A stretch of 64,000 nt of DNA, from assembly GCA_032718475.1 (NCBI GenBank), contig JAUCBJ010000700.1, positions 1 to 64,000 on the forward strand. Reading direction: 5' to 3'. Below, in pieces: positions 23,447-37,089 of this stretch. Every line of letters starts with the position of its first letter. Position 1 is the first letter of the stretch. The translations under genes and the position numbers were made by a program. This DNA comes from Nemertoderma westbladi (Eukaryota > Animalia > Xenacoelomorpha). The notes under the pieces were generated by a model, which did not search any database, had not been told where the DNA came from, and was given only the letters and a program-made list of their open reading frames with translations.

Positions 23447-24584
23447 AGGGGGTTACCATAGCAACATAATCGTTTCCAACAAGTTACTTTTTTTAAGTTA
23501 GCACTCTCGCTTTCTAATGATACCAATAATCCCGAATATTATTAAGGTCCAGCTGAGTCATTTGAAAACGAAACCGTGTCAAATTTTGTGGGACACCCTG
23601 TATATTTTAATTTTTTTCTTTGAAAACGTTTTGGCAGCCACAAATCTTCACGTTGCCCGGACTACGGTATTAAAATTATGGCCCAGGGGCTAGGTCTGTA
23701 GTTCTCCCGAGCGTGCCCCCCCCCCCCCCCCCATTCCTTCTGAAATTTTGTAAATACTGTTACAAATGTGAGCGGATTCAATTCCGCCTTATTACCCCCA
23801 TAAAGTTGGGAAGTGGCGCCTTTTTCAGCAATATTGGAGATACGAGATTGATAACAACCAATCTCGTATCACACCCAATAACGGGGATAACACAAACCCC
23901 AAAAGCCACACAAAGGGAGGTTAGAGGTCAAACCACCTCGAGAGGGCAAATAACCAACAGGGGGGGGGGGGGGGAAGCACTCCCACAGAGGTGAGAGGCG
24001 TGAAGTAGGTTATAAGCCAATAGGAGCGGGAGAAAGCATCCACTGGACAAAGGCCAGAGTAATGTAGGAATGATTAGATATATTACCAATATGTTGAGAT
24101 AGCAATTCAGTTATTCCAGTCATTAGTTGAGTGCAGACCGGTGACATCTTGCACCGTCACCGTCACCACATATCACATTACCATACCGGTACACTGTTAT
24201 TCCATCACTCTATCAACTGTGCTGTTATTTACTATTATCAGTGTTTATTCAATTTTCAATACGAACATCAAGACGATAACAACAAACTTTATTTCATATC
24301 ACGGTGACGCGTAGCCTGACAACCGGTCGGGATCCCTTGATCCCGTCACAACAAACTAATAAGGCAGTGACGTATTCAACTGCTACGGACTTTGGTTTTT
24401 AGTCAATTAATTGATAATGTTGTAATATACTCTCTGTATCAGATTATTTTGAATGTTTATTGCTTATAATATATTAATATATAATACAAATATATAATTT
24501 CATATTGTACTGGTTGTGTGGTTCCTTTGTTATGTTATTATCACTGTTAGGATAACGAAATATTTCCCATGGTTTCAACCTCGG

Positions 24585-24873
24585 ATGATGTCGGAAACGC
24601 ATCCGTTACTGGAACCCGATGGGTCGACCGGTGTGCGACGGAACTACAGCCAACGGATGCTGACATTCCGCAGTAAGAAGACCCCGAGTCTGTTCCCTAA
24701 AAGAGGTTGCTTAAGGTGCATACGTAACCCTTACGTATGTGGATTCGCGATGGTTGTTCATGCCTTTACCCTTGGGGGATTGTTTGCGTTACCAGGGGCT
24801 TTCTTTCCTGTATTGGCTATGACGAAAGGTTTTAATGAATCGCTTATTGGGCTGATATTTACTGTATACGCAG
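24585..24873 (+). CDS. MFS transporter, SLC18B1-like, coding exon 1
   Basis: ATG at 24585. Hydrophobic helices (LPGAFFPVLAMTKGFNESLIGLIFTVYA). Donor G|GTGAGT, phase 1. Confidence 0.8.
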
Positions 24874-25040
24874 GTGAGTTAGTCCCGAATACCAGAGATG
24901 AAAGCGTCACTGGTGCCGTTGATTCATCGATGCAGGTTATCTAAAATTCTGATGTAAATTTATAGAGATAGAGATTACTGATTATAATAGCTTTATAAGG
25001 TTGTTGTAATGCGTGTTAGGCCTATTTTCATAGTTAATGT

Positions 25041-25232
25041 CTACGCCGACAACAACAACAGACAACCGCAATATTTATAACGATAAATATGATTAATTAT
25101 CAAACCAATTGATGGGAATGTAACAGAGGTTACCGTCGAGGGATTTTCTAACTATGACAATAAACGAAAGACAATATTTCAGGTTACAGGTTAAAGTTTG
25201 TTATCAACTGTGGTTGTCGATTGTCGGCGTAG
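25041..25232. repeat. Small inverted-repeat (MITE-like) remnant in intron 1
   Basis: CTACGCCGACAA ... TTGTCGGCGTAG. No clear TSD. Confidence 0.4.
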
Positions 25233-26077
25233 CGTTTACATTCATTCACTTTAATTCAGATACAGTAATTTATTTCAATTTGGTTCCTCTGTCGCTCTGT
25301 CCTTGAATACCGACGCACACGACCAGATTTCCTACATGGGTAAAATTCCGATGCCCGTTTGCAATTTCTTAATAGATTGAATTATTATTAATTATATGCT
25401 GGTATGAAGTCATACTGTCCTATTTGGTCCCTGCAACTGCGTAATTGGACTACAACTCACTTCATAAATGGTTTAGCGGCTTTTAATGATTGCCTGTGAT
25501 CTTGAAATCAACTTTTAAACTTCATCCAAGCTGTAGTAGATACAATAGTAGGTATACAACAGTTGAATGGTACTATTTCGTAGATTGGCGCTTACCGGTT
25601 ATCAACACACCATATGATATTACAGACACAAACAGTATAACACGACCCTGCAGAAACAACTTATAAGAATTGCTTGCTTGTGTAAGCGGCAGCCGTACAT
25701 AGGCTTGTCAATTACAGTAAATAAGTTCGACCAATTAGGGGCTAAACAATTGTTGAGGACTTGCAAATATATTGCTGGTTGATGATATTGGAGCGTATCC
25801 TCTATATTGTTACGAGGAATGCCTAAATTTTCATATCGATCTATGTAAATATGTATGAATGTACTGTATGTATGTACAGAGAACGTTAAAAGGTTAACAC
25901 TCAAAAATGCATGTAGCCAAAAATTTTGTGTGCCCAGAGTCAGAGAATCATTTGGCCAATGATGAGTGAAGAAATATTGCATAAGTTTTGTGAAACAAAT
26001 ATAATTGCTTGGTAAATTATATTGTGTTAGAGTAGTAACTTGAGGCAGCGTTTTATTAATTTAATTATTTGTTTCAG

Positions 26078-26987
26078 GTATTCGATTGATTTTGTACCCA
26101 ATTATTGGACGTTATCTTCCATCCGTGGGTGTCAAGAGTTGTCTGACTTTAGGAGCGACATTCGGATCTGTCTGCACCGTCCTCTTCGGGATTCTTGAGT
26201 ACGCACCCAACGGGAAACTCTTCGTCCTCATGTGCTTCATTGTGAAAGTTTGCGAAGCCATTGGAATGAGCGTCTCATTCATTGTGACATTCACGGCAAC
26301 TGCGGCATTGTTCCGAAACCAACGAAAACTTGTCCTCGGTTTCGTACAGAACTCGCTAACCATGGGAGCAACCGTTTTCCCGGCGATTGGTGGTTTCCTT
26401 TACGAACTGGGAGGTTTTGCGCTTCCCTTTTTCGTCGTGGGCACAGCGATGTTATGCAATTCTATTGTACTAATGATAACAATGCCCTCCGTGCCACAGA
26501 CTCCGTTAACTAATTCGTTTTCAGTAATTGATGTGCTGAAAAACAAAGTGGGTTTGCTAGCATCCCTTATCCAACTGTACTACCTAATAATAATTGGATT
26601 TTTTGACTCGAGCCTAAGTTTGCATTTATACCGCACTTTCCAACTAAATCCTTCCACAATTGGACTGATTTTTCTCATTGCGCCATTCTTGGAAACTATA
26701 TTGGGTAGTTTGATATCGACTACCTTACATCGCTTCAATTTACATAACATAAACCCGTTATCAATAGGGTTGCTAGGGACTATTCTTGTGATCATTAGTC
26801 TGCAACTAATCGATCCAAACCAATTCATTGGGATTACCTCCACTGTGGAAATCGCAGTATGTGGAGTTGTAGTGTTTGGCTTTGCCGGTGCTCTTACATT
26901 TGTTCCATGTATTCAGGCGCAGATTAAGGTTGCAATTCAAATCCTTGGTTGGCCCAACACAATCGCGGCTCACGCAGCTATATCGAG
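26078..26987 (+). CDS. MFS transporter, SLC18B1-like, exon 2
   Basis: Acceptor TTTGTTTCAG| matches phase 1. Multi-TM sequence including PAIGGFLYELGGFALPFFVVG, typical of the SLC18 family. Donor AG|GTAAGT, phase 2. Confidence 0.88.
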
Positions 26988-27594
26988 GTAAGTTACACTG
27001 TAGTAACATTAGGGTCTTCCCATCACCACACAAGTCTCTACACAAAGTAACCACAACATTGGTAAATTACATAAACTTACAAACTTATAAAATTGCTACA
27101 TTTTACTCCAGCTGAGAGATTCATGCACAATTCATACGGGTTCCAGGAAAAAATGAAATTATAATACAGTTTTATTTAAAGTTCCTTATTGTTTCAGATA
27201 TTGGATATTGTGAGTGCAGAAGTGAGTTATATACATGTAGTAATTTAAACGTCAGATAGTGGCGCACATTGACCGCAAGGGAAATAAGGTCTCGTGTATT
27301 ATATTGGGTGTCAGAAAACACCGCCACTGTAACCTGCTCCTTTCCCACAATGTTTTAAATTAAAATAACTTTTCGAACCCACTAAACACACATTTGGTGT
27401 TTGCGGTCATTTTGCAACATTGACTCACTATTTAATAAATACATCATATTTGCATAGAATAGCAACAGGGTTTAAATGCGTTTAATAGTCAATGGCGCAA
27501 AATGACCGCATCCTCTATGATATCTAACCAACCTGGTACACAACAACACAAGTTGTTTGGCAAAAGTTTATAATTTTTCCAGTATCAGTCTTAT

Positions 27595-28080
27595 GGACGA
27601 GCGCAACGAAGCTAATGAAGGAGACGGGTATTGTGTTGACTATACTCGTAAACAACAGTTTAGCATATTGGACGATATATCATTTTCATCAGTACCGGTG
27701 GTGGAATGTTTTATGCCAGTTATTTGATGATCAGATGTACAGGACGAGTGCAACGAGGGTTGTAATGAAGAGAGTCTGTGTTGACTATATTACTAAGAAC
27801 GCGGGTATTGTTTGAGAATACTCGTAAACCGCATTTGTTTAGCATATTTTGTACAATATTAATGGAATGTTGAAGATATATATTTGATGACCGGGTTGTA
27901 AAAGACGAACGCAACGAGTTTTGCAATGGATACGAGTATCCATCTGCCATAAATCAGTAATTACTGGCACAGTTTCGAGACTTTCATAGTTAAAAAGGTC
28001 GTCAGTCTGCGTTTGAAAAACAATTTTGAGACAAAATACGACGAGCGCAACGAGGCTAATGAAGGAGACGAGTGTTGTAC
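27595..28080 (+). repeat. Degenerate ~150-bp tandem repeats in intron 2
   Basis: GACGAG(C/T)GCAACGA-type motif recurs at ~27597, 27743, 27904 and 28039. Confidence 0.55.
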
Positions 28081-28764
28081 GAGTACGACAAAAATTGTCA
28101 TAGGCCTACTTAAGGGAACTATTACCCTAAATCTATTTGTTTTATTTATAAAGCTATAACTATGAAATATTAACAGAATGATCTGTGATCTTTAACTAAG
28201 AAAACCATGGATAGCTTCATAAACCCGATTGTTCAGAAAATATGGTACTTTTTGTGCAGGTCGGTTTTTTTCAAAAACAGTATAAATTGTGAGGCATTTC
28301 TATGTAAAATATCTCATGTTTAAGGATCAGTTATACCACCTGGGTGGAAGTTCTTGATCCAAGACTTTGGCAAAATGGACCTAGATATGTAGTTCATCAC
28401 CAAATTATTGTTTTTGAAAACATTATGGGGGATTTAGTATGTTCGGGCTATATTTTGGGAATCAAATATTTTGTGATTGACAAACGGTAGTAGTTACAAA
28501 TGAGTCATGAATATCAGCCATAAATTATGAAGCGTCGTTTAAGCCAAAACTACTGTATCTGAATAAATATTATACTCGAGATGTATCAATAAAAAATATT
28601 ATACTTAATTTAGTAGTTTTATAGGTGACAGTGAGAGCGTGTAAGGGCAAACTGAAATGGACCTCTGTTATTTTACAACAGTTTAACGCAAACTGAAAGC
28701 ATCACTCATTGATGGCCTACAGTATATTATTTATATTATACCGAACGAATTGATTTACTTTCAG

Positions 28765-29080
28765 TTTATACGCGACCACTAACACACTGGGAGTAGCTAT
28801 TGGACCGGTACTCGGTGGTGTTCTCGTACAATACCTCGACTTCCATCGGGCTGCTCTCTCGCTCAGCATAATCGGCGTACTCATAGTCATATTTTTCACC
28901 CTGCTTCGGGGCTACTACTGGTTCGATAACACGTCGATGTTTCGACGAGTCATCTCTGTAACGCGATTGGCGGAAGACGAAGACACTGCGAGAGCCCGCG
29001 CCTTAGAGACCGGGAGGAGGAAAAGTTCCCGGCATAGAATGGGTGGATTCTCTTCCGATTCTCAAGAAAGCGCCGTCTAG
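28765..29080 (+). CDS. MFS transporter, SLC18B1-like, terminal exon 3
   Basis: Acceptor TTTACTTTCAG| matches phase 2. Reads SLYATTNTLGVAIGPVLGGVLVQYLDF...QESAV* with TAG at 29078-29080. The spliced CDS is 1515 nt (504 aa). This exon is not in the ORF track. Confidence 0.85.
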
Positions 29081-29237
29081 ACGATTTGTTTTTAGTCAGA
29101 TTACGGACTTTCCTCGTATCCTAACGAATGTTAACTGGTGCTGTCTGATGTTGTGGGGGAGCAAATCCCTTCTCGGAGATGTCCTGGAATATATAGTCGT
29201 TATCCCTTTCAAGCTGGTTTATATATGTTATAGCGGG

Positions 29238-30454
29238 TGTAACAGGCTGAGATAACTCCCCACCAAACATGACTCCCCAGTTATCTCAGCCTAGGATGAG
29301 AACACTCCCCAGTCGTCTCAGCCTAGGCTGAGAACACTCCCCAGTCTTCTCAGCCTAGGATTAGAACACTCCCCTTAAGCTGAGATAACTCCCCTCTAGT
29401 TGCAAAAATTGTTTAGTTGTTTCTGACTTATTCATACTATATACATAGGATCTAAGTTCGTTTTACCATATACATGTACAGGCAGCATAAAAGCATAATA
29501 CTTTTGGCAGTGATTTTTTATATCCGTTCATTTGACTTTTTTCCGCAATTGTTTACGAATTTTGCATAATACTTTTGTTGTCCGCAGAATCACTTTTTAC
29601 GCAAGAATCACATTTTATGTATGATTTCTTCAATTAAGAGAAAGGAGCAGGTTTCATAGACGGTATTTTCTAACCAAAACAATAAACGATAAAATTACCA
29701 ATTGATGGAAAAAGGCAGGTTACATAGGCGAATTTTTCTAACCAAAACAATAAACAGTTACAATACAAAATGAGAAAAAAGAGACAGAAACGGGCGTTTC
29801 TAACTACAGTAGGCTATTTAATATAATTATTTAACATTGAGAAAGGCAGCATCAGGATTTAACTTAACGATCATACATGTAATAAATAATTATTTGTAGG
29901 GTTTTTCGCAATTAGGGGAGTCATCTCAGCCTAAGGGGAGTGTTCTCAGCCAAAGGGGAGTGTTCTCAGCCTAGGCTGAGATAACTGGGGAGTGTTCTCA
30001 GCCTAGGCTGAGACGACTGAGGAGTGTTCTCAGCCTAAGGGGAGTGTTCTCAGCCAAAGGGGAGTGTTCTCAGCCTAGGCTGAGATAACTGGGGAGTGTT
30101 CTCAGCCTAAGGGGAGTGTTCTCAGCCAAAGGGGAGTGTTCTCAGCCTAGGCTGAGATAACTGGGGAGTGTTCTCAGCCTAGGCTGAGACGACTGAGGAG
30201 TGTTCTCAGCCTAAGGGGAGTGTTCTCAGCCTAGGCTGAGATAACTGGGGAGTGTTCTCAGCCTAAGGGGAGTGTTCTCAGCCAAAGGGGAGTGTTCTCA
30301 GCCTAGGCTGAGATAACTGGGGAGTGTTCTCAGCCTAGGCTGAGATAACTGAGGAGTGTTCTCAGCCTAGGCTGAGAGGACTGAGGAATGTTCTCAGCCT
30401 AGACTGAGATGACTGGGGAGTCATTTCAAGAGGGAGTTATCTCAGCCTTTTACA
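29238..30454. mobile_element. Non-autonomous TIR element (Ginger-like termini) with inverted minisatellite arrays
   Basis: Termini TGTAACAGGCTGAGATAACTCCC ... GGGAGTTATCTCAGCCTTTTACA, flanked by CGGG and CCGG. Arrays of GGGGAGTGTTCTCAGCCTAGGCTGAGATAACT units at 29270-29395 and, inverted, at 29915-30447. Confidence 0.7.
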
Positions 30455-31154
30455 CCGGTCGTCCACGGGTACGCTTTCCATGTGTTGGTTGCCAGAAAAT
30501 TAGATCTGGTATGACCTCGTCTTTACTTGCAGTGCCCACTGAATCTTAGTCTGCGTTCACGGAGGGTGGTAGATACAGGTGGTATATTTGGTTATTTTAG
30601 AGAGATGAAAATATTTAATGAATTTATCGTACAGAATATTTAATACCAGAAACGTCACGATTACACCGAAATTATAAAGTATGAATTTACCGTAACGTAA
30701 CAATTAGTATATGAATTTAATTGAATGAATGAGCCGGAGATCCAAAATCCTTATAATTAAAATGCCATTTAGTAATTAGTTCTGGTTGACCCCTTATACT
30801 GCACATACTGTACTAACTACTGTACTGTTAGTATTTGACCCTTTATTCTGCACATACTATTTACTGTAAGTACTGTATATCTTGACTAATTAACAGGCGC
30901 GTATGCTAGTGCTAATTAACCCAATGTAGGTACTGAATAATCGAACTAAATATCAATCTACTGTACAATTATAGACAAACTTGTCATAGACTCAATATTG
31001 GCGAGTTCAACTGTATAATATAATTACCACACTCCCCCGTTGAACGACGCAAATATCTACATGTAAAACGACTATAAATAATTTAAATAAATATTGTAAC
31101 CAAACAGATAATAAATTAACCGCCACCGTTTTATTTATATAATTGCTATGTATT

Positions 31155-34100
31155 TCAATCACCAATTTCCAAGGGAAACAATTCTTGAACAGGTCGCTTT
31201 AGAGTTTGTGATTTGCCAGATTTGCGATCCCAGACCTTAACGACTGCTCCACGTACATGTCCATCTCTCCCTTGGAACAACGACTCTACGAGACCCAACT
31301 TCCACATAGAGCGGTGTAGACCAGCGTCTCGAACGATCACCGATTCCCCAACTTGAATGACTCTTTTCTGAGTTCTCGCTGTCCCGTAATGTTGCTGTCT
31401 TAGATTTAGTAGATATTCCGTCCGCCACCGTCTCCAACAATGGTTGAGTAGGATTTCCTGTAGTCGCCATCGCTGTCGAACGTCCGTTGAAGAGGTATAT
31501 TCAGTAACAAGCCTCACACCGAGATTTGGCATAGCTGTAAGGCGTTTCCCTACTAAGAAATGAGATGGGGTTAAAGGTTCAATGTCCATGTCACCTGGAA
31601 AATTAGAGCAATAAGTTAATGGTCTTGAGTTAATAGCCGCTTCGATTCCAATAAATACCGTTATGAGTTCCATGAGTGTCAATATCGCTTGTCCAATAAC
31701 CTTCACCAAACATCGTTTCACCGTTTGTATCATTCTTTCGAAGAATCTTCCCCACCAAGGTGATTTTTCCAGATTGAACTGCCACACTATGCCTTGGTTT
31801 ACAAAGAAGTCTTGTACCTGTTTAGATTTAAGAAATCGTTGATTAATTATGTAAAGATTTTTTGAAGCTGCTTTGAAAGTTTTAGCATTGTCGCTTACTA
31901 TCAATGTTGGCTTTCCTCTCCGACCAATGAATCTGGAAAAACATTCAATAAATGAAGAAGTTGTTAAATCAGTGACTACCTCTAAATGCACCGCCCTTGT
32001 GACGGCACAAGTAAAAATGCACAAATATGACTTTGAAAGATCTCCGTCTGCTATAATGCCTCCGTATATTGGTTTAATAAGAAATGGTCCTGCAAAATCA
32101 CATCCCTGTATTGAATGGCAACGATTCCTGTACCCGAAATGTTGGTAACGGTGGGGATTCTGGGGGACAATATGGTTTACCTTGGTGACGTATGCAAACC
32201 CCACATTTCGCTAGACATTTTTTTATGGCTTGTCTGCTCTGAAGGATCCAATATTTCTCTCGAATTTGGGCTAAGGTCGAAGCAAGACCCTGGTGTAACA
32301 CAATTTCATGACATTTTTGGATAATGAGACTGGTTAAATGGTGGACCTTTGGTAGAACAGCTGGTCTTTTGGCTGTTTCCGATATCATTGCGTTGTCTAA
32401 TCTTCCTTTACAAACCCAGATACCCTGAAACTGTATTATATTCAGTTGATATTTTAATTGCTTTATTTTCTCGGCATTGAATGTTTCTCCTTGAACTGCA
32501 ATTATCCACATAGCACGAGCCTTTTCAATTTCTGGGACTGTCAACTGACCTGTTAAATGTTTGTTCGATTTTGACACCTTGCATTTCAAGTTGTAAATAA
32601 ATCTATTGACATATGACGTCACACGTAATAATCGATTTAACTTACTGAATGACTCACATTTGATGATCCGAGAAACATTCTCAAATACGATGTTGTTAAC
32701 CGTTTTGTAACAAACCATTTCAGATCTGATAATCTTAGCATCTATTGTTTTATCTTCATTGGATTGGATGATGTTTGGTTGTTGCGGCCATTCTGCATTT
32801 CCTGCGTTCAACCATTTAGGGCCGTATATCCATTCTTTACTCATAACATAGTTCGCATTAACGCCTCGAGATGGCGCATCGGCGGGATTCAACGATGTAG
32901 GAACGTAAAGCCATGTCTCTGGTGGTGTTAGTCCGCGAATTTCCTGTACTCTAAATTCAACATATTGTTTATATTGACGTTTTACAGATGTAATCCAATA
33001 TAGAACTGCTGTAGAATCTGTCCAACACAAAATACTAGTTACGTTATACTTATATAAAGCATCTGCTACATTCGAAATAAGTCTTGCAAGAATTAACGTA
33101 CCTAAAAGCTCCAGACGTGGAATTTCTTTCACATTTTTTGGAGCCACGCGAGTTTTCGAAGAAACAAGCTGAACAGTTACCTTTCCATGTCTATTTACGA
33201 CTTTGATGTATACAACAGCTGCATATGCATATTTCGATGCATCTGAGAATCCGTGTAATTCCAATCTAGAATCGGTCCAATTGAAATCACCTGAGGTCAA
33301 ATAAAATCTAGGTATTTCAAAATTAGTTAAATTCTCTAGGTCAGATACCCAGCTGTTCCATGTGTCCAGATGTTCACCTTGTATTTGTTGGTCCCAGCTG
33401 AAAGCACCTACAGTTAGTTTCTGAAATAATATTTTTGGTATAATAACAACTGGGGAAATAAAACCTAAAGGATCGTAAATGCTTGCTGTTAATTTTAGGA
33501 TTGTCTTCCGATTGATCTTTGAATTATCCTTGCCGATAACCTTTGATAAATCAATAAATAATGTATCTTTCTGTGAATTCCAGCCAATACCGAGAACTTT
33601 AGAATTTGAATTATTATCAGCTGTGGGACTAAGAATTATGTCCGCGTAAGTAGATAAATCTTCTTCCACCATAGAATCACTTACCACCTTTTGTTCTTTC
33701 TTGTCTATATCCTTATTTTCCTTGTTTTCCTCATCCTCAATCATTTTGTTCAGTTCACTTGAGTTGCTTTTCCATTTCCTCATAATAAATCCTCCTTCCC
33801 GAAATATCGTCTTAACTCGTTTGTATATATCAAAGGTAGAAACAACATCATGTGAGCCACCGTTTAAGTCGTCGACGTAGAGACTATCCGTAATGAGATC
33901 AATTAGTTCTGGCTCCTGTGACATATAATTGCTAGCATGAAACTTTAAAGTACCTTGAAGCAAAAATAGACTGCAAACTAAACCAAAACATACCCGAGTA
34001 TACCTGTAAGTAACAATCTTGCTATTTTCGTCGAATGGATTCTCCCACCATAGGAACCTCACTGCATCCCGATCTTGGTTTTCTAAACCTACCATGTGAA

Positions 34101-36854
34101 AGGCCTTTTCGATATCTCCCAGTAACGCCACTTTATATGACCGTAGACGAAAGAGAATTTGAAATAAACTGGCACCTAGAAAGGGCCCAGTATATAAACA
34201 GTTATTTAAACTTACTCCTTTCTTAGAAGAGCAGCTTCCATTAAATACAATACGAACTTTGGTTGTAGACTTGTCTAATTTGACTACACAATGATAGGAA
34301 TGTAATGAATTGCATTTTCTGTTATCTCTAGATCAGGAACCCTTTCAATAATGCCGCGTTCAAATTGTTCATTAATTATTGAATTGTATTTATTTAGAAG
34401 TAAATATTCCTTTCGTAAACGATGCATTAGTGAAATAAGCTGCTTCAACGCAATATTCTTGTCATCAGTTAATTTTGGTTTTATAATTTCTTTCCATGGT
34501 AAACATACAACATACCTTTCATCCTGAAATTTCACCAGTTGTTTGAATTTGTCGTATATCCACGCCTCTGACTCAGATGCACTTGCGATTCCTAAAGATT
34601 CCACTTCCCAGAACTGTTTGAGTAACTGCATCAGGTTTCCATCATCTGTTGAGTCTTGATATTTTTTCTGGGTGTCATCTACATTTAGTGATCCTTGAAT
34701 AGCTAGAATTTCTGTTGATTTAGACCGCATATCTATGGGTTCTCTGGAAATAGAGCACATCATGATGTTAATTACATTAGAATATGTTTCGTTACATAAT
34801 GGACCTGACAATAACCAACCTAGGTGGCTTTTGATTGCCACTGGACCTTCACCAGATTCGCACTGTATTTTCTCTCCGGTAACAATTTTCCAATAGTAAT
34901 TTGCGCCAATGAGAATGTCAATCTTCGTATCCGTACAATACGTCTCCGTATCTGCTAGAGGAAGACCTTCTAAATGAGGAAAATTATATTTATTTACGGT
35001 AACGCAGGCGCGTTCTTGTTTCGTCTCACTTATATATGGCACAGAGTATGCTGTAATATCAATATTAATTCCCGATTTACATTCTAAAACAAATTTAACC
35101 ACATCCCTTTCTTCTATCCTTTTGTCCATAAATACATCAAGTGTTAATGAATCACGCCATAATGTTGGCAACTCGAGTAATTCTCGCTTTTGATTTGTAA
35201 TAAAACATGATGTGGCTCCAATATCAAAAAGAATTCTCACATTGGTCTTCTTACAAGTAATATCATTTGAAATAGTGCCGGTTGCAAACTGCAATAATGT
35301 AGGGGGTCGTCCTTCTACCATGAAGTTCAGGGTTTTGGAATTAGCCATCGGCTTTGGGACAAATTCATTTGCATTCTCGTTTAAAGTGATGTGACTAGAT
35401 TCACGTGTTTTGTTTATATTTTGATTGTATGTACCACTTTGGCTCCGATTAGACACACTATAAGAACCAGGATGGGGAGCATTGACATGATGTGGACCTG
35501 GAGTAAATGGAGGGGCTTGATGTGGGTTTGAACCGCGTGCATGGTTTGGATTATTGAGTGGGAATTTTTGTTCCATTTTACGACATAAACTTACATGATG
35601 TTTTCCGCGGCATTGGTAACATTGTTTACCTGAGTAGCAATCCCTCGCTGTATGCCTGGGTTTGAGGCAAATGAAGCATCGGTCATCATTTCGCAGTTGT
35701 TGTTTTCTTGAATCAAGATCCGTGTAGGTTGGACACCGTAATGATGAATGATTACCGTTGCAATATGAACAGAAAACAGCTGATATTTGATTATTATTGT
35801 CGTAGTCAGATCATGTTACCATCGCCGAAGCTGTAGAGGTAAACTTTGAAGCGTTAGGATTCCTGTAATTATAATTAGGGGTTGATTGTCTAGCGTAGTT
35901 AGATTCACTAATATTACTATTTGTAGCGATATACTCACTGGCCTCCATAGCATCAGCTTTTCTTCTGATAAAATCTGCAATTTTATCGATTTTGAAACAG
36001 TCATCAGATTCGGTATGTTCGTGAAATTTCTCTCTGACTGACTTCGGTAACTTACCAAGAATTACTTGACATATCATGGCTGAATTTATGTCCGAGATCA
36101 TTCCAAGTGATTCCAGGGAGCGAATGTGGGGAATCAAATTATCATAAAATGATCGCAAGTCCTTTAAATGTCGACACACTGGAATATTATAAACTTTATT
36201 AAAATGACCTGAAATAATCATACTTTTGCGTCCAAATCTTTCATGGATAATCTGAACAGCTGTACTGTAATTTTCAGCAGTCACTTCTAGTCCTTCCACT
36301 GTCAGTTTGGCTCTGCCTTTAAGAAATTTTTTTAAATATATAAACTTCTCTACAGTTGGGATTGCGGTGTTGCTGTCAATAGCACTAGTAAAGGACTGCC
36401 AAAACGGTTGAAAGGTTGTGTAATCACCTTCGAAATTTTCTATTTCTATTGCGGGAAGTCTTTTTCTATAGGTTGCTTGTTGCAAAATACGTGTTTCCAT
36501 ATCAGAACTAGTTTTGGGCATTGAAACTTCCGCTTTAGAGATAGTTTTGTCAAGATCACTATCTAAACAGACTTGTTGCAAACCAGAAATTGCAAGCAAT
36601 AGTCTGGAATTATATTCATCACTCTGATACAAATCATTTTCAACATCATCATCTTTCAATTGAAAATGGATTTCTTTGTTTTGACTGTCTAATTGAGCTT
36701 TTACATCTGGTATTAGAAGCAACAATTGTTTGCTTCTGGTCAATGATTCTGAAGTTATTTGATCGCATGCAAGAGCCTCAGCTTCCTTGGCTAACTTAGT
36801 AGCCTTGGATCTATAGCGCCCTCTTATTTGTACAAGGCGTGTTAGATCACCCAT
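31155..36854 (-). pseudogene. Bel/Pao Gag-Pol of element C, disrupted by one in-frame TGA (35811-35813) and two frameshifts (~34300, ~32105)
   Basis: DUF1759 gag (FEGDYTTFQPFW), Cys knuckles at 35580-35780, protease LFDIGA, RT DIEKAF...YVDD, RNase H FSDAS, integrase DFAGP, SDNAKTF, FERMI. Confidence 0.93.
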
Positions 36855-37070
36855 GGTGAATGATAATCTAATTTGCCAGATAAATAATCTTACTGGGTGT
36901 TGTGAAATGTAACCAACGTACCTTTTGAGTTATATCCGAAGAGTTTGATGTGATTTATTCTTCCGAGAAATCCGATGTAATTAGAGGGTTGTCCGTTGTT
37001 GTCGCGCAATTGCATTGAGTTCCGACCGTGAGTTGTCTCCCATCATTTCATCGTCTCCTTTTCGTAGTTG

Positions 37071-37089
37071 TATCCGGTTCGAAGGACCA
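37071..37089 (-). promoter_or_regulatory. tRNA primer-binding site of element C (tRNA-Tyr-like)
   Basis: Minus strand TGGTCCTTCGAACCGGATA directly follows the 5' LTR and is complementary to a tRNA-Tyr-type 3' end (...CCGG.TCGAAGGACCA). Confidence 0.85.

Larger units (their letters stand above)
1442..23600 (+). mobile_element. Decayed Tc1/mariner-superfamily DNA transposon (~1.45 kb) split by LTR element A
   Basis: TIR CAGGGTGTCCCACACAATTT at 1442 and AAATTTTGTGGGACACCCTG ending at 23600, with TA on both sides (1440-1441, 23601-23602). The internal inverted repeat at ~1680-1830 matches ~2650-2738 plus 23447-23503 once A is removed. Confidence 0.85.

Noticed and set aside
29915-30447. Regular short repeats superficially like a CRISPR array
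   Set aside because: There are no unique spacers and no cas genes, and the context is eukaryotic. It is a minisatellite inside a TIR element.
6858-35813. In-frame TGA in the gag of both A and C as evidence of an alternative genetic code or programmed readthrough
   Set aside because: TGG is used for Trp throughout, B has TGG at the A site, and element C also has frameshifts. Nonsense mutation is the simpler explanation.
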